Positions 28,615 through 38,641 of a stretch of DNA of 64,000 nt are shown here, one piece after another. This DNA is from Abditibacterium sp. Lineage in GTDB: Bacteria > Armatimonadota > Abditibacteriia > Abditibacteriales > Abditibacteriaceae. The notes under the pieces were generated by a model. The model was not told the DNA's origin and did no database searches. It worked only from the letters and a program-made list of their open reading frames with translations. The translations under genes were made by a program, and so were the position numbers. The stretch covers positions 2,112,001 through 2,176,000 of the forward strand of contig OZ251992.1 in assembly GCA_965246885.1 (NCBI GenBank). Direction: 5' to 3'. Position 1 is the stretch's first letter. The number at the start of each line of letters is the position of its first letter.

Positions 28615-29379
28615 CTATTTCACACGGTCGTCCCCTGGGCGCATGGGGATTTGGAACTGGTCAACGGGAAGGGGTTGGGCGCCGCGCGCTGGGTCTTGAA
28701 TCATACGACCTTGCTGTAGGAACTTCACGTGCCCATCGGCAAAAGCGATGTTCGAGCCGCCCAAATGACGATCGGCTCCAACGATAATGGCAGAGCCGCC
28801 ATCGAACCAGTTAGTCAAAGGCACCGGGTTGTTGGCGTTAACGATGCGCCAAGGCTCCGACCAAACCAAACCAGTAGAATCGGCAATCATCGGTAAAAGA
28901 GCCGACGATCCAATCGAAGCCAAAGCCAAACCGCCGGGGTTAGTGCTTGTTGCCGTGCCTGACGACATAATCCACTCGTTGGCCCCATAGTTGAAGTGAC
29001 TGGGCAATTTTTTGGCGCCTGTCCCATCGTCTAAGAAAATGTCGCTGTCTCCCTTGGCCGAACTGGGACAACGAAAAATCTGGATGCTTTTCGTATACGG
29101 CTGTAGACGAAGCATCCATTCGCCAAACTGGGGCGACTGGCCGAAAGTGGCATAAGCGCCGGTATTGTTGAGTGGGAACCTCTCGTCGTAGTCTTGCACG
29201 TATTGCATAACGCCCAAGCCGATTTGCTTGAGGTTAGACTGGCACGAAGAGCGGCGCGCATTCTCGCGGGCGCGGGCAAAAGCCGGGAACAAGATAGCGG
29301 CGAGAATAGCGATGATAGCGATAACTACCAATAATTCTATTAAAGTAAACGCAGATTTGCGCAAAGTAAAAGTTTTCAT
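28615..29379 (-). CDS. Prepilin-type N-methylation / DUF1559 / H-X9-DG protein
   Basis: [53 protein letters not shown]. Confidence 0.93.
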   Translation of the reverse strand: MKTFTLRKSAFTLIELLVVIAIIAILAAILFPAFARARENARRSSCQSNLKQIGLGVMQYVQDYDERFPLNNTGAYATFGQSPQFGEWMLRLQPYTKSIQIFRCPSSAKGDSDIFLDDGTGAKKLPSHFNYGANEWIMSSGTATSTNPGGLALASIGSSALLPMIADSTGLVWSEPWRIVNANNPVPLTNWFDGGSAIIVGADRHLGGSNIAFADGHVKFLQQGRMIQDPARGAQPLPVDQFQIPMRPGDDRVK

Positions 29380-29390
29380 GATGATGCACA

Positions 29391-29453
29391 TGTATGACTA
29401 CACAAACAAGTCGCCTTGTGGCTTGACGTCGGTCACATGGAAGTAGTTCTACA
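29391..29453. promoter_or_regulatory. Candidate operator pair upstream of the pilin-like gene
   Basis: tgtatgactaca (29391) and agtagttctaca (29442); similar to tatatgagtata (30799) and agtactcatgca (30890). Confidence 0.45.
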
Positions 29454-29506
29454 ATTTAGCGATGCTACTTCCTTGAAAGCGGCGCTTTCGTTCCTTGCGA
29501 GGGTTC

Positions 29507-30724
29507 TCAAAAAAGAACTTTAGGGGGTTTGAATTTGTTTTTGAGTTCGGATAGCGGGGCGTGTTGGCCATCGAAAAGTTGTGATTCAAAAGCCCATAAC
29601 AGCGAAGTGAAACCGTATTGCCGCGCGCGTTTAAAGCTCAACGCGAGTGCGATCGTGTCGCCGTTACCGGTGTTTTCGCCAGAAACTGCGAGCAGTGGGC
29701 GATGGGACGCGCCGAGCGATGAGAGAAAATGAGCGGGCGACCAGCGCGAGCGATCAAAGCTGTATTCGTCGCTGTAGTTTTCGTTCGAGTCAATCCACGT
29801 CGTATGAAGAGTGACTTTCGGGTCAGAAATACCGTTCACCATGCGCTCGAACTCGACTCCCTGCCCTAACTCGCCGTTAATGTGTTGAGTTTCGGCGTTT
29901 AAATCGAGCGCAACTGCGGCGTTTAGTTGGTCGGGACGGATGCCCCACCCCGGATACAGCATCGAAAGCTCGCCCGCGAAACTCCGTCGCACCGTTGTTA
30001 TTTGCCAATCGTGGTAGTTCTTGAGGGAATTCATGTACCAGTTCGCAAATAATGCAGCTTTTTGGTGAGACGGGGAAGCATCCCCCGGTTTCCAACCCGC
30101 AACGGGACAAGGCGCGACTCCGACGGGCAAGCCAACTTTGCGCCCCTGCGCGAGAGCATCAAAGCCCCAGTAGCAATTGGTTTGGGTGTTCCACGTGTTC
30201 GGTGGGTAGTTCAGTTCGTTGTACCAACCCCAACCCAGCCGCACGGCGCGAAAATTGTTGCCCAGATCGGCGAAAACTCGCGCCACATAAGCCGCTTGTC
30301 GCGCCCGGACGGCTTGGTTGAACACGGCATTGGGGATGTTTTTCCCCGGCGCCTGCTCCACGAAAGCCACACCGAATTGGTTGACATAACGCGCATCAGG
30401 CAGTTGCAGCACATCGGCAGGCGGATACTGCATCCCCAAATCGAGCACAATTTGTTGGCCTGCCGAGCGAAAAGCCGCAATCTTGGCTTTAAGCTGATTC
30501 AAGTAGACAGCGTTATATTGCCCCTGCTGCGGCTCGAATCCGTCCCAAGCGATTTCCACTGTGGCAACTGATGCCCCCGCCTCACGCAGTTGTTGTGCTT
30601 TTTGCGGGTCGCTTTGCAGTGTCCCGACCACCAAAGGCGCGCTCTGTGCGGGTGCCCCCTTCTTGATTGTCGCACACAGCATGGCCAAGACCAGCCAGCC
30701 ACGTGCACTTCTAAATAGCGTCAT
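29507..30724 (-). CDS. Exported TIM-barrel glycoside hydrolase, GH14 (beta-amylase)/GH42-like
   Basis: Signal-like N-terminus; VEIAWDGFEP, LGWGWYNELNYP and SGEN resemble GH14 GLGPAGELRYP and GENAL catalytic segments; AAGGAG RBS. Confidence 0.7.
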   Translation of the reverse strand: MTLFRSARGWLVLAMLCATIKKGAPAQSAPLVVGTLQSDPQKAQQLREAGASVATVEIAWDGFEPQQGQYNAVYLNQLKAKIAAFRSAGQQIVLDLGMQYPPADVLQLPDARYVNQFGVAFVEQAPGKNIPNAVFNQAVRARQAAYVARVFADLGNNFRAVRLGWGWYNELNYPPNTWNTQTNCYWGFDALAQGRKVGLPVGVAPCPVAGWKPGDASPSHQKAALFANWYMNSLKNYHDWQITTVRRSFAGELSMLYPGWGIRPDQLNAAVALDLNAETQHINGELGQGVEFERMVNGISDPKVTLHTTWIDSNENYSDEYSFDRSRWSPAHFLSSLGASHRPLLAVSGENTGNGDTIALALSFKRARQYGFTSLLWAFESQLFDGQHAPLSELKNKFKPPKVLF

Positions 30725-30798
30725 CAAAGCTCCTTGTTTATCCCGATAGATTTCGCCCGGCGCCCCCGTGAAGGGGAACGTTGAGCACGATTAGGATG

Positions 30799-30901
30799 TA
30801 TATGAGTATACCCACCGCCAAAGCACTTTAAACAGACGTGCCTTTTATTTTTCCAGATGTCCACCACATTCGTATACTCTTGCCATATAAGTACTCATGC
30901 A
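30799..30901. promoter_or_regulatory. Candidate operators in the divergent hydrolase/regulator promoter
   Basis: tatatgagtata at 30799-30810 and the reverse copy agtactcatgca at 30890-30901 overlapping the regulator start. Confidence 0.45.
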
Positions 30902-32000
30902 CCATTCCTCTACCAACAGCAACACGACCCCGCTCTACAAGCGGATCGAAGATGACCTGCGTGCCCAAATCGCAACGGGACAATTACGCCCCGGAGACCG
31001 CTTGCCGACCATTCAGCAATTGCGCGTGCAATGGGGGGGCGTAAACCATCTAACGGTACGGCGCGCGCTTTCGGCATTGATAAGCGAAGGCTTGCTGCGC
31101 TCCGAGCAAGGGCGCGGCAGCTTCGTTCAAGCGCGCGCACCACTTGTGCGCCGCGTGGCATTGATTGTGCCCAACCTCGAAGACGCGCTCTTCTCAAGCA
31201 TTGCGCGCGGAGTGCAGCGTGTGTTGGCAGAAAGTGGCGTCAAAGCCGTTATCCTCGACTCGCGTGGAACGGATGAGGAACAAGCCGACAATTTTGCTCA
31301 CCTCGAAAGCATGGGGTTAGAAGCCGCTATCTTGTTTCCTGTGATCGAAAGCGACATTGCGGAACGCATTTGCTCTCTCAAAGAGCGCAATTTCCCGATG
31401 GTTTTGGTTGATCGCACCCTTGAAGGCATCCGAGTGCCTTCTGTTGTGGCTGATAATTTCGACGGCGGCCTAAAAATCGCGCGTCACTTGTTGGAGTGCG
31501 GGCACACCCGCATCGCGTGGTTGGGCGAGACAACTTCAAGCGCCGCGAGCGCCCGATTTTCTGGACTGCGCGATGGTTGGAACGATGTTGGCTTGGTTTT
31601 GCCGCGTTCAATGGTGCGCCCAGTTCGCTTTCACGACGTTATCAACCCCGCAACGCAACGCGCCCAACTCACTCGCGGCGTGCGCGAAATCATCGGCGAG
31701 TTGTGGGCTTTAAAAGAGCGCCCAACCGCCTTGGCGTGTGTTAACGATCAGACTGCACTTGTAGCACTCGAAGCTTTGGCGCGCATCGGCGTGCGGGTGC
31801 CGACCGAGTGTGCAGTTACAGGTTTCGACGATGGCCCTGAAGCCGCGCGGTCGTTGCCACCTCTTTCCACTGTCAGACAACCAACTGAAAAGATGGGAGA
31901 GGAGGCCGCACGGTTGCTGATTGAGCGCCTCAATGCCCCCAATGCGCCCATCCAGAACGTCATTTTGCCTGTTGAGTTCGTGCGCCGAGCCAGCACATAA
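30897..32000 (+). CDS. GntR-HTH + LacI-type sensor transcriptional regulator (AraR-like)
   Basis: PLYKRI...PGDRLPT...TVRRAL...QGRGSFV; ACVND..A, VTGFDD, LSTVRQP, VRRAST. Confidence 0.93.
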   Translation: MHHSSTNSNTTPLYKRIEDDLRAQIATGQLRPGDRLPTIQQLRVQWGGVNHLTVRRALSALISEGLLRSEQGRGSFVQARAPLVRRVALIVPNLEDALFSSIARGVQRVLAESGVKAVILDSRGTDEEQADNFAHLESMGLEAAILFPVIESDIAERICSLKERNFPMVLVDRTLEGIRVPSVVADNFDGGLKIARHLLECGHTRIAWLGETTSSAASARFSGLRDGWNDVGLVLPRSMVRPVRFHDVINPATQRAQLTRGVREIIGELWALKERPTALACVNDQTALVALEALARIGVRVPTECAVTGFDDGPEAARSLPPLSTVRQPTEKMGEEAARLLIERLNAPNAPIQNVILPVEFVRRAST

Positions 32001-32123
32001 CGAGGACATGAGTCCAGAAAGCGAGAGTATCTGGGCTTGCAAACATGTGGGCGTTTGTTGTGGAGTTAAGCTCTCCAGACCTCTACCCTCTATTACGTTT
32101 ACTTGGCCGCGAGCGCTTAGAGG

Positions 32124-33560
32124 TTACGCCGTCCGGCCCAGCAAGTTCGCCAGTTCTAAGGGGCCGCGCGCGTCACTTCTGACGGTGGTGTGGAGGCGGG
32201 CGCTCAGGGTGTCGAGGGTGATGTCGTCGAGCATTCGGCGCTGTTTGTCTACGGCGTCGGCGGGAAGGAAGAGCATTTCGCCGAGGTCTTGGTTCTTCAG
32301 TTGGGCGACGAGTTCCGTGCCCATGATAAGCCCCGCGCAACTCACGTTGCCGCCCCAGTAGGTGTTGCGGATTTGCGCGACGTGGGCGTCGGCGATGTTC
32401 TTGGCGCGGAGCACGTCGGCGAGCAGGCGCAGCGACGGGGCGGCGAGGGCACCGGTAGCGAGAGTGATTTTCGGGGCGCGGCCCGCTTTGACGGGGCGCT
32501 TGTCGAGCTTCTTTACCTCGTCGGCGAAGGCGCGGATCATGCCGACGCCGTTGGCGTATTGCGGGAAGCCGTCGTAAAAGGCGGCGCGGGGCACTTCTTC
32601 GCCAGCGAGGAGGTAGAGTTCGTCGGAGCCATACACGAACTGCACGCCGAAGCGCTTTTTGGCCTCTCGCTGGAACGGCTCCAATTGGCGCAAGGCGCGG
32701 CGCGCTTCGTCGGGGGTAGTGGCGCGCAGTCCGCGCGCGGGCGGGAGGAATTTGGTGAGGCCCGCAGGGACGACCGCCATAGATTCGACGCCGGGGAAAC
32801 GCGCCATGAGTTCCTCGACGGATTTATCCAACACGTCGCCGTCGTTGACGCCGGGGCAGAGGACAATCTGCGTGTTGACGGTGATGCCGTTGGCAATGAG
32901 GTAGTCCAAGCGGTCGAGAATCTCGCCGCCTTTGGCGTTGCCGACCATGAAGCGGCGCACGTCGGGGTCGGTCGCGTGAACCGACACGCACATGGGCGAC
33001 AACTTTTCCTCAATGATGCGCGCGTAGTCGGCGTCCGCGAGGTTCGTGAGCGTGATGTAGTGGCCGTGCAGGAAGGAGAGGCGGAAGTCGTCGTCGCGCA
33101 CATACAGCGTGCGGCGCAGGTTGGCGCCGCCCTTGACGCGCGGCGGGAGTTGATCTACAAAGCAGAACGGGCACTTGTTGGTGCAGCGCGTCACTCCGTC
33201 GAAAAGTTCGGACTGCACGCCGATGCCGATGTTCTCAGAGATGTCTTTTTCGATGTCGAAGCGCGTCAGTTCGCCGCTCGCTTGCAATACCGTCAGGGCG
33301 AGGGTTTCGCCCAAGTCGGCGCGCTTGAGTTGGAGGATGTCGCGGGCGCGCTCGCCGTTGATTTCAAGCAAACGGTCGCCACTTTGCAACCCCAACTCTT
33401 CGGCGATAGAGCCGCCTTCGACGTCGGAAATCTCCACGCCCTGCCGCTTCAAATCGAGCGCGCCGCCCGCCCCGCGCGAGCGGTCGTTGCGCTCCAAGCG
33501 GAACTCTTCGTTCTCCTCGACTTCGTTTTTGTAGATTTTTCCGGACACGGCAGAAGACAT
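32124..33560 (-). CDS. PDZ + radical-SAM-like DUF512 protein
   Basis: PDZ-like GSIAEELGLQSGDRLLEING; CTNKCPFC cluster motif; DDFRLSFLHG, VLCPGVNDG, FPQYANGVG. Confidence 0.9.
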   Translation of the reverse strand: MSSAVSGKIYKNEVEENEEFRLERNDRSRGAGGALDLKRQGVEISDVEGGSIAEELGLQSGDRLLEINGERARDILQLKRADLGETLALTVLQASGELTRFDIEKDISENIGIGVQSELFDGVTRCTNKCPFCFVDQLPPRVKGGANLRRTLYVRDDDFRLSFLHGHYITLTNLADADYARIIEEKLSPMCVSVHATDPDVRRFMVGNAKGGEILDRLDYLIANGITVNTQIVLCPGVNDGDVLDKSVEELMARFPGVESMAVVPAGLTKFLPPARGLRATTPDEARRALRQLEPFQREAKKRFGVQFVYGSDELYLLAGEEVPRAAFYDGFPQYANGVGMIRAFADEVKKLDKRPVKAGRAPKITLATGALAAPSLRLLADVLRAKNIADAHVAQIRNTYWGGNVSCAGLIMGTELVAQLKNQDLGEMLFLPADAVDKQRRMLDDITLDTLSARLHTTVRSDARGPLELANLLGRTA

Positions 33561-33683
33561 AGCGGGGGTATCCCGACGCTTGGAAGAGCAGAAGGCGCCG
33601 ATTTTCTCGCAAATTGCCGCGCACTTTCCGGCACCATCGGAGCGCGGGCGGCGTCCAAGAAGGCGACTTTCGCGGGTTTCCTT

Positions 33684-34463
33684 ATGCAACGCACGTTCTC
33701 CGATGGTGCCAATCGCCTATGGCGCTATTCCTCTAACCCCTTCACCAACACGCTCATCGCAGCGATGGTGATCTTGTTTCTCTGCGAATGGATGCGCTTG
33801 CCCGTTGTAGAGTGGCTCTTTTGCCAGTTGCCGCATGACTGGGTGCAGCCTTGGCGCATTTTCACCGTTACGCTCATTCCGGGAGGCATCATTGGTCTTT
33901 TATTCAGTGGCTTTATGTTGTGGTGGGCCGGTGGTTCACTCGAACGCAGTTGGGGGAGTCGAACTTTCGCCGCTTTCTATAGTGCGTTATGCCTGATCAC
34001 GGCGCTCGCGTTCACTGGCATCTCTTTGTTGTTCGAGAAGGGCATGGTCGTCGTTCCAGTGGGCGTGCTGACAGGAATTTTAGTGACGTGGTGCGTGTTG
34101 AACCCCGATGAAACCGTCTTTGAGTTGGGCACTTTTATCCTTAAGTCGCGCTGGCTCGCCGTCGGGATATGTGTCATTCAATTCTTCTCCTATGGCTGGA
34201 ACAACCCCATTGTCGGCCTGATGTCTTTGGCTGCACCGGGGTTTGGCGTGTGGTGGGTGCGGCAAGGCTGGCAATATGGCTTTGGCACCCTGTTACCCAA
34301 CGTGGCGCGGCACACCATCAAGCGGCCCAACTTGCGCGTTGTGCATCCCAAGGCGCCCAAGCCCAAAGATGACCGCTTTTCTCCCCGCGACCTCAACCCG
34401 TTGGAATGGGTCGCCAAGCGCAAGCGGCGCAAGCAGTTCGAGAGATTGATGAAGGATGACTGA
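33684..34463 (+). CDS. Rhomboid-like multi-pass membrane protein
   Basis: QPWRIFT, GGSLERSWGSRTF, several TM helices, basic C-terminal tail. True start ATG 33684; no GxSG catalytic motif seen. Confidence 0.75.
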   Translation: MQRTFSDGANRLWRYSSNPFTNTLIAAMVILFLCEWMRLPVVEWLFCQLPHDWVQPWRIFTVTLIPGGIIGLLFSGFMLWWAGGSLERSWGSRTFAAFYSALCLITALAFTGISLLFEKGMVVVPVGVLTGILVTWCVLNPDETVFELGTFILKSRWLAVGICVIQFFSYGWNNPIVGLMSLAAPGFGVWWVRQGWQYGFGTLLPNVARHTIKRPNLRVVHPKAPKPKDDRFSPRDLNPLEWVAKRKRRKQFERLMKDD

Positions 34464-34589
34464 ACCGCCCATCCCCTTTGGCCCGCCTCATGCGCGGGCC
34501 GAAACTATTTTGAGGGATATAGGGGCCTGTAATTCATTGACGGGAGGATGTATACCCCTGACACTACAAGGGTCAGAAGAGTAAGGATC

Positions 34590-37307
34590 ATGCGCGAAAA
34601 GCTTTTCGAGGACGCGAGCGACGTTCACGCGCCGCAGCAACTCGCGCTGTGGCTGTCCGACATTGAAGGTTCCACGCGCCTGCTCGAAGCGCACGGCGAA
34701 GATTACATCGCGGCTTTGCAATCGCATCGCTCGCAGGCCCGGCGCGCGTGTCAAACGCACGGCGGACGCTTGGTCGAAACGCGCGGCGATTCGCTGTTCG
34801 CTGTGTTTCCCGGTGCGTCCGCCGCACTGGCTTGCACGCGGGAATTGCGCGACCATTGGGAAGATGATCCAGTCGGCAATATCGCCCTGCGCGTGCGTTT
34901 TGGTTTGCACTTTGGCGAACTGGTGCCGTTGGAAAGCGGGTTCGCCGGACTCGACTTGCACCTCGCGGCGCGTGTGTGCGACGCGGCGCATGGCGGGCAG
35001 ATTTTGGCGAGTGCCGCGTTTGTGGAAGCCTTGAACGGCGACGGAGCGCCGTTTCGCTCGCTCGGCCAGTTTGCGTTGCGGGGCTTAAACGCGCCCTGCC
35101 ACTTGATGGAACTACCGTCTGAGCGCACTCCGACGTTTCCCCCGCCGCGCACGCTCGATACCCACGCCGGAACGCTGCGCTCGCCCATTGATGCTTTCGT
35201 TGGGCGCCGCCACGAACTGGAGCGCCTTGACGCCCTGCTCCGGGGCGGGACGCGCCTCGTGTCGGTGTGCGGCGCCGGTGGCGTCGGCAAGTCGCGCTTA
35301 GCTTTGCAGTGGGCGCGTGGACAGCGCGGCGAGTTCCCCGATGGCGCTTATTGGGTGGATTTGGCGACCATTGAAGGCACGCCCGATCCAGACGAAGCCG
35401 CGCGCCGCATCGCCCTCGCAGTGCTCGCTGAAATCGGCTTGCCCGACGATTCGGGCGCTCCTGCCGAGCGTGTCGGCGCGTGGCTTCAAGCGTGGCGGGT
35501 GCTGCTCTTGCTGGACAACTGTGAACATCTGCTCGAAGGGGTTCCCGTCGTCGCGGGTTGGCTGGAAGGCGCGCCGGGGCTGTGCGTGGTCGCCACTTCG
35601 CGCGAGACGCTCCACTTGCGCGGCGAAAGCGTGTTGCGCCTCGAACCGCTCGCGCCGCCCACCGACGATTCCCCCGCTGCCCTCGAAACAAGTGACGCCG
35701 CGCGCTTGCTGCTGGGCCGCGTGTCCGAGAACGATGGCGATTGGCATCTTTCTCCCACCGAACTGCCTTTTGTCGCGCGCCTGTGCCGCCGCTTAGATGG
35801 TTTGCCGCTCGCGTTGGAACTTGTCGCCCCCCACTTGCGCGAGTGGGGCGCGACGGCGACCTTGGAAGAACTTGAACGGGGCGGCGCCCTCGCTTTCTCC
35901 GGCCCGCGCGACGCCCACCCGCGCCACCGCACCCTCGCCGAAGTCGTGCGCTGGAGCTATGGCGGTTTGTCTGACGCTGCCAAAGCGACCTTTCGCGCGC
36001 TCGGCACGTTTGCAGGTGGCGCGGCGCGCGAGGCGCTACTCGCCGTTTCCGGCCAGCCACCCGCGACGCTGGGCGCGCTCACCGACCGCTACTTGGCGCA
36101 CGGTGGGCGTGACGGACGTTTGCACTTGCTCGAAACGCTGCGCGAGTTCGCGCTCCATGAAGCGAGCGCCGATGGCGAGGGAGATTGGTGGCGCCGCCGT
36201 CACGCCGAATACTTCGCGGCTTACGTGGAGCGCGAGGATACCGCCGCGCTCGCGCAGGGCAACGACGAAGCCAACTTCCGTCTGGCGCTGGAGTTCTGGC
36301 GTGACCACGACGCACGCCGCATGGCGCGGATGGTCGTGCGCCTCACTTCGATGTGGGAATGGCGCGCGCTGTTCCGCGAAGGCCGCGCTTGGATCGAGAC
36401 TGCTCTGTTCCTTTTACCCGCCGATGACGACTTGCGCTTGCCCCTCCATGCGGCTTTGGGCGAAATGGCGTTCTTGTTGGCCGACTTCTCGACGGTCGAA
36501 AGCGCCGTCAAACTGGTCATGGGCGCCTCGCCCCAAGGCGTCGCGGGCGCAGAGATGCTCGCCACTACCCGACTATCACGTGGCTTTGTGCGCTTGTATC
36601 GGCAGGACTATGAGCACTCCGAGCGCGATTTCCATGCTGCGGCGGCGCTGTTCGATGCCCTTGGCGATGATGCGGGCGTCGCGGCGGCGGTCGGCGCACT
36701 CGGTGTGGTGCGCCTCAACCGGAATAGTGATTTGGAGGGTGCGCTCGACTTGTATCACCGCGCCATCGCGCGTGCCCACGACCATGCCGACACCCTCGCC
36801 ATCAGCACGTTTTACGTGGGCGATGCGCTCGGCCCATGCGCCGGACGCTGGGAGGAAGCGCGCCCCTTTTTCGACCGCGCCCTCGAACTGGCCCGCGCCG
36901 CGCGCCATCCCACTTTTGAAGGCTACGCCCTCTGGGGCTTGGGCGGGACGGAACGCGAAGCGGGGCGCCTCGATTTGGTGCGCGGTTACAACGCCCGCGT
37001 CGCCCGCTTCATTCTCGAATACGGGCACGGTTGGGCCGCGCCCTATTTTATCGAAGCGTGCGCCCACTTGGCCATTGTGGAAGGCGACGCGGAGAACGCC
37101 GCCACTCTTTTGGGCGCTGCCCACGCCATCCGCGAGGCTATCGAAGTGCCGCTCTCGCTCGAATACTGCGCGCTTTACAACAGGATGGAAACGCGCATGG
37201 CCGAACTCGCGGACGCGGCCACCCTCGCCGCCGCCCGCGATCGCGGCGCGGAGTTAGAGTTCACGCACGCGCTCCAACTCGCTGTGAGCGTCGGAACCGA
37301 TCTGTAA
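34590..37307 (+). CDS. Class III nucleotide cyclase + STAND NTPase + TPR-like protein
   Basis: SDIEGSTRL, GDSLFAVF, RFGLHFG, AARV..AAHGGQIL; GAGGVGKSRLA Walker A, LLLLDNCEHL, LDGLPLALEL; helical C-terminus. Confidence 0.9.
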   Translation: MREKLFEDASDVHAPQQLALWLSDIEGSTRLLEAHGEDYIAALQSHRSQARRACQTHGGRLVETRGDSLFAVFPGASAALACTRELRDHWEDDPVGNIALRVRFGLHFGELVPLESGFAGLDLHLAARVCDAAHGGQILASAAFVEALNGDGAPFRSLGQFALRGLNAPCHLMELPSERTPTFPPPRTLDTHAGTLRSPIDAFVGRRHELERLDALLRGGTRLVSVCGAGGVGKSRLALQWARGQRGEFPDGAYWVDLATIEGTPDPDEAARRIALAVLAEIGLPDDSGAPAERVGAWLQAWRVLLLLDNCEHLLEGVPVVAGWLEGAPGLCVVATSRETLHLRGESVLRLEPLAPPTDDSPAALETSDAARLLLGRVSENDGDWHLSPTELPFVARLCRRLDGLPLALELVAPHLREWGATATLEELERGGALAFSGPRDAHPRHRTLAEVVRWSYGGLSDAAKATFRALGTFAGGAAREALLAVSGQPPATLGALTDRYLAHGGRDGRLHLLETLREFALHEASADGEGDWWRRRHAEYFAAYVEREDTAALAQGNDEANFRLALEFWRDHDARRMARMVVRLTSMWEWRALFREGRAWIETALFLLPADDDLRLPLHAALGEMAFLLADFSTVESAVKLVMGASPQGVAGAEMLATTRLSRGFVRLYRQDYEHSERDFHAAAALFDALGDDAGVAAAVGALGVVRLNRNSDLEGALDLYHRAIARAHDHADTLAISTFYVGDALGPCAGRWEEARPFFDRALELARAARHPTFEGYALWGLGGTEREAGRLDLVRGYNARVARFILEYGHGWAAPYFIEACAHLAIVEGDAENAATLLGAAHAIREAIEVPLSLEYCALYNRMETRMAELADAATLAAARDRGAELEFTHALQLAVSVGTDL

Positions 37308-37318
37308 GCCGCTCCGTC

Positions 37319-38641
37319 CTACAAAGCGGCGCGCCGCGTTGCCGCCGCGTGCGCGGGCAAGTCTTCCAACAGCGCGATGGTCTCCAAGTCCTCCGCCAAC
37401 AGCGACACCGCTCCGCGCGGCGCCGACACGAGCGAGGTGCGCTTCAAAAACGTGTCCACCCCCACGCCCGATGCGAAGCGCGCTGTTCCCCCGGTGGGAA
37501 GCGTATGCGAGGGGCCGATGATGTAATCGCCCAACGGCACGGGCGTGTTTAAAAACAACGCGCCCGCGTTGGGAACAAGCGCCGCCCACTGCCGCGCCTC
37601 GTCGCTCCACACTTCGACGTGTTCAAGCGCCGCATCGCTCGCCAACGCGCACGCTTCCTCCATCGAATCCACTTGGCAGATGAGCGAGTGCTCCAACGCT
37701 TCGAAGGCGAACCGCGCACGGGGGGAGTCGCGCGTTTGTTCAGAGAGTTCCCGCGCGACGGCATCGCACACCGCGTGCGAGGGAGAGACGAACACGACGA
37801 ACGAATCGCCGCCGTGCTCGGCTTGCGCGAGTAAATCCGCCGCTAACTGCGCGGCGTTGCCTGCTTGCGCGGCGTCCGCCACGATGCCGACTTCCGAGGG
37901 GCCATACAACCCGTCCACCCCCACACCCCCAAAGACGTGCTTCTTGGCGAGGGTAAAGTAAATCGAACCCGGCCCGGCGATTTTGTCCACACGCTTGATG
38001 CGCTCCGTGCCATACGCGAAAGCGCCCACCGCCGCCGCGCCGCCCATCTTCCAGATTTCGGCGATGCCCGCGACGTGCGCCGCCGCCAGAATCACCGGAT
38101 GTGCCGCCCCATCCTTTCCGGCGGGCGTAGCCATCACGATTTCGCGCACCCCCGCGACGCGCGCGGGAACTGCGAGCATCAGGACGGTCGAGGGATAGGC
38201 CGCGCGGCCATTGGGCGCGTAAATTCCGGCCCGCGCGACTGGCAAGTAGCGCGCGCCCAGCGTTGCGCCTTCGGGCGAGGTGAACTCGAAGTCGCGCGGC
38301 TTCGCTTGCTCGTGGTACGCCTCGATGTTGCGCGCCGCCCGCTCCAACGCGCGCTTGGCGGCGTCGGGCAACTCACTCCACGCCGTTTCTATCTCGTCGC
38401 TCGTCACGCGCAGACCGTCCAGCGTCAGTGACTCGCAGTCGAAGCGCCGCCCTGATTCGAGCACCGCCGCATCGCCCCGCGCCCGCACATCCTCGCACAG
38501 TTTGCGCACCGCGCTTTCCAGTTCCGGCGCCGCGCCGAATTCGCGCTTTGCTTGCGCTTCGCGCACGGCTCGGAGTGAAGCCGCGAACCCCTCGAATGAT
38601 TGCATGCTCGTAGTTTGGAAGCGCGCCGCCGCGCGCGTCAC
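37319..38641 (-). CDS. hisD: Histidinol dehydrogenase
   Basis: GIYAPNGRAAYPST.LM, VDKIAGPG, GPSE, DLLAQAEH, EH.E, GDY..GPSHTLPT. Start GTG 38641 (coupled) or ATG 38605. Confidence 0.95.
   Translation of the reverse strand: MTRAAARFQTTSMQSFEGFAASLRAVREAQAKREFGAAPELESAVRKLCEDVRARGDAAVLESGRRFDCESLTLDGLRVTSDEIETAWSELPDAAKRALERAARNIEAYHEQAKPRDFEFTSPEGATLGARYLPVARAGIYAPNGRAAYPSTVLMLAVPARVAGVREIVMATPAGKDGAAHPVILAAAHVAGIAEIWKMGGAAAVGAFAYGTERIKRVDKIAGPGSIYFTLAKKHVFGGVGVDGLYGPSEVGIVADAAQAGNAAQLAADLLAQAEHGGDSFVVFVSPSHAVCDAVARELSEQTRDSPRARFAFEALEHSLICQVDSMEEACALASDAALEHVEVWSDEARQWAALVPNAGALFLNTPVPLGDYIIGPSHTLPTGGTARFASGVGVDTFLKRTSLVSAPRGAVSLLAEDLETIALLEDLPAHAAATRRAAL

Noticed and set aside
32190..33683. 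5' part of the 757-aa ORF 32190-34463
   Set aside because: Antisense to the DUF512 gene; only the part from ATG 33684 looks like a real membrane protein.
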